This document shows, one piece after another, positions 57,627 to 64,000 of a DNA stretch of 64,000 bases (position 1 is the first letter of the stretch; the number at the start of each line of letters is the position of its first letter). The stretch lies in IMG/VR virus record IMGVR_UViG_3300050821_007134, positions 32,001-96,000 of that record. One strand, written 5' to 3'. The notes beneath the pieces were generated by a model. That model was not told the DNA's origin, did no database searches, and saw only the letters and a list, made by a program, of their open reading frames with translations. Both the position numbers and the translations under genes were made by a program. This DNA comes from a virus.

Positions 57627-58256
57627 ATGTCAGCAAAAGTCATTGAATTCGAAGGGATCGACGGCTCGGGAAAGACCACGGCCTATAACTACTTCATTCA
57701 GACATTAAGAGATCAAGGTAAGAGAGTTTTGGACACCCGAGAAGTGGGAAATCCCCATATTCCCGTCTGTGTCGCTCTAAGAAAATTAGTTCTTGATCCC
57801 TCAAGTAAAATGGATGGAATGTCCATGGAATTCGTGTTTGCTGCTATGCGTATCGAAAATCAAAGAATGTATCGCGCTGTCGAAAATGACTATGATTACA
57901 TCGTAAGCGATCGAGGTCTTCTTTCTCACTTGGCTTACACAGACCACAATGTGACTTCAGTTTTTACAGACATGTTTTATCGTGGCCTTGTGATGCAATA
58001 CACACAAAATCCTGATCAAGTCATATTTTTGGAAATTGATCCAGAAACAGCTCTTAAACGTAGAAATTTGCGAAATGGTTTTGTCGACGCCATTGAAGCA
58101 AAAGGACCTGAATTTCAACGAAAGGTTTATTCCAGTTTTACAAAATACATCCATGAATTAGCAGAAAATACCGGTCTAAGTTACACGATGATTGATGCCA
58201 ATGTTAGTATCGAAGAAGTTCAAGCTCAATTGGACAGAGTAATTTCCGAATTATAA
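57627..58256 (+). CDS. tmk: Thymidylate kinase
   Basis: FEGIDGSGKTT P-loop, TRE, SDR..LS.LAY. Confidence 0.93.
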   Translation: MSAKVIEFEGIDGSGKTTAYNYFIQTLRDQGKRVLDTREVGNPHIPVCVALRKLVLDPSSKMDGMSMEFVFAAMRIENQRMYRAVENDYDYIVSDRGLLSHLAYTDHNVTSVFTDMFYRGLVMQYTQNPDQVIFLEIDPETALKRRNLRNGFVDAIEAKGPEFQRKVYSSFTKYIHELAENTGLSYTMIDANVSIEEVQAQLDRVISEL

Positions 58257-58290
58257 AAATAAAAAGGCCCTAGGGCGAAACCCTAGGGCC
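58255..58290 (-). terminator. Rho-independent terminator
   Basis: GGCCCTAGGG-TTTCG-CCCTAGGGCC-TTTTTATTTTT. Confidence 0.85.
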
Positions 58291-58338
58291 AACGAGACAG
58301 TAGACGGTTGACGAAGACCGTCTTCGGGAGGAACTTAA

Positions 58339-59307
58339 TTAGGGGCCAGTGTTGCCGCTGATTAATGTAACTGCGGTCTGAGCATAGAGAGATCCGTGAA
58401 CCGTACATGTCGCTTGAACTGCGATTGATGTTTGATCCAAGATAACGCCTCTGAATATTGAACTTGTTTTCAGAGTGGTTGCGCCTGCAACTGCCCATGT
58501 AACGTTTTGTGGCAAGATTCCACCAGTCAAATGAATTTGAACACCAGTTTCTAAATTGAGAGTACCGGCAATTTGAAGGATGATTGAATCTGCGGGTCCG
58601 CCATTGATAGTGATATCACCAGTGACATCGACTGCTGTGGACCATTTGTAAATCCCAGGAGTTAAAGTTTGACCGTTAAGAGTACCTGCGCCTAAGTTAA
58701 CAACCGGAGCTGGGCTTGTTTGTGCTTGAGCAAAAGTGTAAGCAGCTTGCATTGCACTAACAGCTGCCGTTAAGTTTGCAGGAGTTGGAGCTGCGTTATC
58801 GGAAGCATCCACGTTTCCAGAAACTTCAACAGCACTTCCATGTGGGCCAGCGAGATTTGGAGTGTATGTGAAACCAGTGATTGCAGTATGTGAAATTGGA
58901 CTTACTGCAATGTTACCTGTAACTGTTGCGCCGGATGCATTGCTGATTCCAGATTCAGCTAACATTCTGTAATTTGAAGCAGAACCTAAGTTTACCAAAG
59001 CTGGGCCACGATGAACAGGAATTGCGCAATGAGCATTGATGCTTGCAACGACGGCTTCCATAACATCATCACTTGCGAACCCATCTTCCATTACTGCTTG
59101 GTCATGCAGAGAAAGAGATCTTTGACATAACATAGCAGCTTGAATATTTTGGGCTACGGTTTTGCTGCCCATGGCGTCTGTCAATCTAATGAAAGTTTTT
59201 GGTGAGAGAATTGCGCCAGCATCGATTGCTGCACAAAATTCTTTACCGGCTTTTACGTCTGCCAGTGCGACAATGACGTTGGGAATAAATTTACTCGGGA
59301 ATGCCAT
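58339..59307 (-). CDS. DUF3494 ice-binding-family protein with ~100-aa N-terminal domain
   Basis: VNLGSASNY..LAESGISN, GQTLTPGIYKWS, I.QIAG.L, NVTWAVAGATTL, G.LYAQTAVTL. Confidence 0.9.
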   Translation of the reverse strand: MAFPSKFIPNVIVALADVKAGKEFCAAIDAGAILSPKTFIRLTDAMGSKTVAQNIQAAMLCQRSLSLHDQAVMEDGFASDDVMEAVVASINAHCAIPVHRGPALVNLGSASNYRMLAESGISNASGATVTGNIAVSPISHTAITGFTYTPNLAGPHGSAVEVSGNVDASDNAAPTPANLTAAVSAMQAAYTFAQAQTSPAPVVNLGAGTLNGQTLTPGIYKWSTAVDVTGDITINGGPADSIILQIAGTLNLETGVQIHLTGGILPQNVTWAVAGATTLKTSSIFRGVILDQTSIAVQATCTVHGSLYAQTAVTLISGNTGP

Positions 59308-59373
59308 AAAATCTCCTTAATAGTTTTTTGCGCTTTAGATGCGCTTATACATATTAAAGATTAGTATTCGTGC

Positions 59374-59652
59374 TTAGTCAGCTTTTCGGATGATAGAAGA
59401 TAGGGTACAACCGTCGGGAGAATCGCCCTTTTTCCAGGCTCTAAAGTTCTTATAATGGTTTTTACACCAGCAATATTCGTATTCTGACAATTTTGGGGGT
59501 GAACCGTAATTTTTTCTATCTTTGAGATCCATCTCACGTAACCACTTGGTACTACTGGCGATTTCTTCTTCGGCCCATGCGCGAGGGACGGCAACATATA
59601 CAGTTCCGCATTTTTTGCAAGTTACTTGTTTGAAAGAATTCGGAAAGCCCAT
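59374..59652 (-). CDS. Zn-binding hypothetical protein
   Basis: CKKCG...CWC...PDGCTL. Confidence 0.65.
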   Translation of the reverse strand: MGFPNSFKQVTCKKCGTVYVAVPRAWAEEEIASSTKWLREMDLKDRKNYGSPPKLSEYEYCWCKNHYKNFRAWKKGDSPDGCTLSSIIRKAD

Positions 59653-59783
59653 TGTTTCTACCTACATAGAAAGTTATACTGAGTTTAACCCAGTTTATCG
59701 ATTATCCCTAACATTCTGGAAATAATATAGCACACAAATAAGATTAAACATATCAATTTGATAAGATTAAACTTATTTTGGGC

Positions 59784-59814
59784 AAGAAAAAGGCCACGTC
59801 TTTCGACGCAGCCT
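59784..59814 (-). terminator. Terminator after major capsid gene
   Basis: AGGCTGCGTC-GAAA-GACGTGGCCT-TTTTCTT. Confidence 0.8.
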
Positions 59815-59914
59815 CTTCCTTTCGGCTTGCTCCACCAGGGCGGACAACAAATCCCCAGATATTGCTACCTGGGATCTGTTATCTACCCCTTAGGGGCAGG
59901 CTAACTTTTAATTC

Positions 59915-61315
59915 TTATGATCCACCAGGGGTCAATTGACCAGTGATGTTCTCAAGAAGAACGTTTTTGCGAGGTTGGAAAACAGCGAGAGACAAGAATC
60001 TGAAATGTGCTTCGGGGAGCGACAAGTCATTGATTGCAAGTTTCAATTTGCTGTAAGGAGCCAATTGAGCGATGCTCATTGTGTTTCCTTGAACGAGGAA
60101 CCCTGTAACAGATCCTTCAGATCGGTTACCGAGGTCGGTAAATACTGGGTTACCAATCCCTTGAGAGATCTTACCGATGAACTTAGCAGAAGCGGCAGAT
60201 CCACCAGCACTTGAACGATAAACGTTGTAGTACTGAGCGCCAGCAACAGCGGTAATGGTAACGGTAACTTTATCACCGGCCAAAGCAACTGCTTGCGAAG
60301 CGGAAGGGGAGGGGAGCGACTCACCACGGATACTTACGGCGGTTACATAATAAACGTATGTAGCAGCTTGGAGTAATGATCCGGCAGCACCGGCATCAGC
60401 AAGAGCAGGAGCAGCGGGTTGATTTGGGCTGCCTGCGCGAGCGCGTGCGGGGCGGGTTTTACCAGAGAGGAAACGAGAAGCTTCTAGCGAAACAATGGCA
60501 CTTGATGTCCATTGAGTTCGTAAATGAGCGCCTGAGGCCTCTTGAGGAGAACCGGCGAGCATAATACGTTCTTTCGCATGAGCGATTTTGTTATATTGAC
60601 TGAGGGTGATAGGATCGAGAACGAGTCTGTCAGCAGCACCCATGTTCATTGCTGAACGAACCGAGCTATCTTCGATGATGGACTGTGCTAATGCACCGCC
60701 AACAGAGAGGATAACAGTTTGGTCTGAACCGTACTCAGCAAACATCAAGTCTTGAGTGTTTGATTGAGCATCGGATTGACGAACTTGTTGATCGAGACCG
60801 ATCATGTTTGGAACTTTTGCGACTGCAAGAGGGTTACCATCGAACACCCCAGCATTGGAGAAATCTGATTGTCCTCGGAAGAGGTCAAATTCGATATCGC
60901 CAGCAAGCTTCATAGCTGCGTCAGCTGAAGCTCTATCTTCGGCTTTAACACCGTCGAAAGCACCAATCATATTGGCAGCAACAGTGACTCGACGAGTCGT
61001 GCTGTAATATGACATGGGGACTACTGCACGAACATAATTCGTGGTGTCTTCTTCGCCGATTCCGCCTTCAAATTGAGCAGAACCTCCGAAAATACCATAG
61101 TCAAGTTGACGGTTAAACTGGTGAAGCTGAGACTTAACGTCTTTGCTTGGCAGCATTTTTTGCAACTTGATATGACTGTCATCGAATGTAACATTATGCA
61201 TTACGGGGGAAAGATCTTCCACCATAAGTGCAGCACCTTGAGCCAATTGGCCGGGAGCCGCGTTATAGCTACCTGCTTCTAGGGCTTTCATAAGTGACTG
61301 AAGTTGTTCGATCAT
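59915..61315 (-). CDS. Major capsid protein (SPO1/Twort-like) with FN3-like insertion
   Basis: GAALMVEDL, F.EGG, IEFDLF.G; YVYYVTAVS..GES.PS...YNVYR insert; P.K.VL..NI. Confidence 0.9.
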   Translation of the reverse strand: MIEQLQSLMKALEAGSYNAAPGQLAQGAALMVEDLSPVMHNVTFDDSHIKLQKMLPSKDVKSQLHQFNRQLDYGIFGGSAQFEGGIGEEDTTNYVRAVVPMSYYSTTRRVTVAANMIGAFDGVKAEDRASADAAMKLAGDIEFDLFRGQSDFSNAGVFDGNPLAVAKVPNMIGLDQQVRQSDAQSNTQDLMFAEYGSDQTVILSVGGALAQSIIEDSSVRSAMNMGAADRLVLDPITLSQYNKIAHAKERIMLAGSPQEASGAHLRTQWTSSAIVSLEASRFLSGKTRPARARAGSPNQPAAPALADAGAAGSLLQAATYVYYVTAVSIRGESLPSPSASQAVALAGDKVTVTITAVAGAQYYNVYRSSAGGSAASAKFIGKISQGIGNPVFTDLGNRSEGSVTGFLVQGNTMSIAQLAPYSKLKLAINDLSLPEAHFRFLSLAVFQPRKNVLLENITGQLTPGGS

Positions 61316-61345
61316 ATTTTTCTCCTTGTTTCCTTATGCCTCTGT

Positions 61346-62260
61346 TTATTTAAGCAGATGGCTAATAGTTTTAATGTCGGCACCATTTAAATAAAATTCG
61401 TTGATCGCATCTCGGTCAGCTTTGGCCAAGGTAGGATCAGCGGACTTTTTCAATAAAATCGGGGTAATTTCACTCTTTGTGAGTGGCTGTACTTCTGCTC
61501 CAGCGCCTTCGCCTTTGGCAATTACATCAATTGATGTAATAGCTTTTTGGGGAGGAGGAGTAGTTTTCTCAACAAACTTCGTTAAGAAAGCGGTTACTGC
61601 GTTAAGTTGATTCTTCGAATCTTCATTTTCTTTTTTGAGAGACTCGATTTCAGATTTCAAAAGATCGGCTTCTGACTTATTCATTTCGCTTCCTTTGTTA
61701 AGTACAGGTTGAGGTGTTTCTGAATCAGCGGACTTAGCGCCCGGCGATCCCTTCGGGGGACATTTCTCAATTTCTGCCTTATTCAAGACAGGTTGAGGTG
61801 TTTCTGAATCTGAGGATTTAGCCCCAGGAGAACCCTTCGGAGGGTTTGCTTCGATTTTCCCAGTTTCGGTCTTATTAAGAACCGGTTGGGGCGTTTCAGA
61901 AGCTTCAGATTTGGCTCCAGGTGAACCTTTGGGAGGGCAAGCGTTCATTTCTCCGCCATTGCCGTCTGCTTTTGCGAGATCGCCATCGGTCATTGCCTTT
62001 GCGATTGACTCATGATGAGCTTTTAACTCACCCTTCGACATAGACTTATACATTTTATGCATAGCCTTTTTGTCTTCTTCGTCGTAATCACAATCCTCAT
62101 TCTTTTCAATAGCGGTCGTTTCCGACTTAACTACTTCAGCGGAGGGCTCTGATTTTGCAAGCGGGGCAGCGGCCTCGCCTTCAGCTTTCTTAAGCTCTAC
62201 TGAGAATTCTTTTTCGATTTCCGAAACAAGACTCAATAGTTGCTGTTCTGTGTAATGCAT
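61346..62260 (-). CDS. Putative scaffold protein
   Basis: Upstream of capsid; charged, many xxK[SA]E motifs, 3 internal repeats. Confidence 0.7.
   Translation of the reverse strand: MHYTEQQLLSLVSEIEKEFSVELKKAEGEAAAPLAKSEPSAEVVKSETTAIEKNEDCDYDEEDKKAMHKMYKSMSKGELKAHHESIAKAMTDGDLAKADGNGGEMNACPPKGSPGAKSEASETPQPVLNKTETGKIEANPPKGSPGAKSSDSETPQPVLNKAEIEKCPPKGSPGAKSADSETPQPVLNKGSEMNKSEADLLKSEIESLKKENEDSKNQLNAVTAFLTKFVEKTTPPPQKAITSIDVIAKGEGAGAEVQPLTKSEITPILLKKSADPTLAKADRDAINEFYLNGADIKTISHLLK
61695..61940 (-). repeat. Three intragenic repeats PPKGSPGAKSxxSETPQPVLNK
   Basis: Seen in translation; codons diverged. Confidence 0.85.
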
Positions 62261-62295
62261 AATTCAAACCTCCTTTATTGATCCAACGTCTCCAA

Positions 62296-62781
62296 TTAAA
62301 CAGATTTAGTTGGCCAGTAAAGTTCGTCGATATCTGCGATTGGGGAAGCAGCCATAACGTTTGCATCCGTAGCAGCAGATCCGTTAGCAAGCTCAGCAAG
62401 CTGCCAACGAGCGCCAACTTTAATCGATTCAAATTTGATCGCTTCAAGATCGGCGTGTGAGGGAATTGGATTTGTACCGGCTGCGCCACTTAACTCATAG
62501 CCCATTCTGATGATGTGTGGGGCGTATGCGTCAGTACCGTTACCGAAAATATCTTTAGAAACAGCGTCTACGTTGCGACAGTCGATAATAACGACAGGCT
62601 GACCTTCAGCTTCGTTACCGTTCTCAGAAATAGCAAGATAGGGCCAAACTGCACCGTTTGCATCGGCAGCAGAGAAAGCCGTTCTGACTGAATTCATTGA
62701 TGTGCCGCTATAGGCAAGTCTTTTCGACAGTTTATCGCTAAGATCTCTCAAGAGGGCGATTGCTTTTGCATTACTGTACAT
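62296..62781 (-). CDS. Putative head-associated protein
   Basis: First gene of capsid operon, AAGGAG SD. Confidence 0.7.
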   Translation of the reverse strand: MYSNAKAIALLRDLSDKLSKRLAYSGTSMNSVRTAFSAADANGAVWPYLAISENGNEAEGQPVVIIDCRNVDAVSKDIFGNGTDAYAPHIIRMGYELSGAAGTNPIPSHADLEAIKFESIKVGARWQLAELANGSAATDANVMAASPIADIDELYWPTKSV

Positions 62782-62968
62782 ATTTTATTTCTCCTTAAAT
62801 TTGTCAGTGTTTAACACTTGACCATTCTTTAAAACGTGAATGGGATAACTTACGTAATGTCTAAATGATTACTACTCTTGACCAAAAATCAATGATTTCC
62901 AATACTTCCAGACCGTTTTTGGGAAAAGTGGCTATTTACATAAAATCTGATATATTTTAGGCTGGGGC

Positions 62969-62975
62969 AATCTTT
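62969..62975 (+). promoter_or_regulatory. Putative late promoter motif AATCTTT
   Basis: Upstream of protease ATG, on the coding strand. Confidence 0.5.
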
Positions 62976-62997
62976 ACTTTGGAGATACACGAACATT

Positions 62998-64000
62998 ATG
63001 GCCACTCTAATTCACGGGATTGCCGCTTCAGAAAATATTGACTCTTCGGGCGAAAGAATCATCATTGCCGGTATGGATATTTCCAGTCTTGAAAAAGACG
63101 GAGTTTTCAACTGGGAACACAAATCTGACCAACCAGCTCAAGTAGTTGGTAAGATATTGAAAGCAAAGAAGATTTTCTCAGAAAAAGACTGCGAAAATGA
63201 GCATGAAAAGCGCTTTTGGGAAAAATGTGGAGTTCCATTCGTCTATGTAATGGGCGAACTTTTGGATGACTATAAAGAATCAGCCAAAGAAGTGGCCGGT
63301 ACCTTCCGATACGATCATGATCACAAAGACCGCGACGAACGCAGTATTTCGAACTTCTCTATAGAAGGGGCTAAAATCAACAAAGTAGGAATGGACGTTC
63401 CTAATTCTATTGCGCGCAAGGTCACGATTACTGTCCATCCCTGTAATAAAGTGGCCATCGCCACCCTTTACCCTACAGATAAAAAATCACATTCCAAAAA
63501 AGATGATATAGATTCACTATTTAAGACCGAAAGTACGGAAATTGAACTTTTCAAAGCAGAAGATCTCGATTATGGTAAAATGACCCTTTCTGAGGCCATG
63601 GCCAAAAAAGAAGATCCTGCCGTTCATGCAAAAGCCTTGGGAGTTGAACCTATGAAAAAAGAAGATATTGCCGGTACGACTGGCGCTCCCGCCAATGTCG
63701 CGCAACGCGCCCTTCCAATGATTAAAGCCGGTTCGGCCCCCGCGAAACCCAATTTAAACATAGTTGGCGAAAATGGCCATAAACTTGGTACGACTAAGGG
63801 CGGCCATGATATTCATAGTCACAAACGGGTCCACGAATATGGTCCAATGCATCCTAATGATCACCTTGAAGCTGCGAATATGCACTTTAATGCTGCTCAG
63901 GCCGCCCGAGACCCAAAAACAGGATCTCATCATATGGATAAAGTCCGTCTTCATATGGAAGCACATAAAACTTCCTCTCGTAGGGAAGAAAGACTTCATC
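62998..64000 (+). CDS. Prohead protease with long C-terminal extension, partial (not in ORF track)
   Basis: Manual translation MATLIHGIAASENIDSSGERI..G.D...FNWEH...GEL...FSIEG...VTITVHPCN; open to the window end. Confidence 0.85.
   Translation, partial: MATLIHGIAASENIDSSGERIIIAGMDISSLEKDGVFNWEHKSDQPAQVVGKILKAKKIFSEKDCENEHEKRFWEKCGVPFVYVMGELLDDYKESAKEVAGTFRYDHDHKDRDERSISNFSIEGAKINKVGMDVPNSIARKVTITVHPCNKVAIATLYPTDKKSHSKKDDIDSLFKTESTEIELFKAEDLDYGKMTLSEAMAKKEDPAVHAKALGVEPMKKEDIAGTTGAPANVAQRALPMIKAGSAPAKPNLNIVGENGHKLGTTKGGHDIHSHKRVHEYGPMHPNDHLEAANMHFNAAQAARDPKTGSHHMDKVRLHMEAHKTSSRREERLH

Noticed and set aside
60130-60430. FN3-like insertion in the major capsid as a novelty
   Set aside because: Similar insertions are usual in SPO1/Twort-like capsid proteins

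Overview
A 64-kb segment of a large lytic myovirus genome. I found no CRISPR array, rRNA, canonical tRNA or IS element. Layout: (i) 1-7.2 kb holds small minus-strand genes interrupted by two non-coding tracts packed with different palindromes. (ii) A strand switch at about 7.3-8.0 kb is followed by a long plus-strand run of small early/middle genes (8-34.7 kb): solo LuxR HTH, SAM-lyase-like protein, cold-shock protein, PhaR-like DNA-binding domain, Thg1, PagP-like barrel and DUF1643. This run is preceded by near-consensus sigma54, sigma28 (FliA) and sigma70 promoters, which suggests a flagellated diderm host, possibly Bdellovibrionota. (iii) A minus-strand virion module (34.7-62.8 kb) has SPO1/Twort-like architecture: fibres, tail tube, tail sheath, neck proteins, major capsid and scaffold. 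A divergent prohead protease runs off the right end. A recurring AATCTT(A/T) motif marks the late transcription units. Most notable are a cluster of late, probably head-packaged and protease-processed multi-domain proteins carrying an mCpol (Cas10-like minimal nucleotide cyclase) domain, an Acb1-like 2H phosphoesterase fused to a lytic transglycosylase, and a SAM-lyase-like domain; and a tail sheath containing a circularly permuted DUF3494 ice-binding-type domain, plus a second canonical DUF3494 late protein. All family calls are by-eye motif recognition, not database searches.
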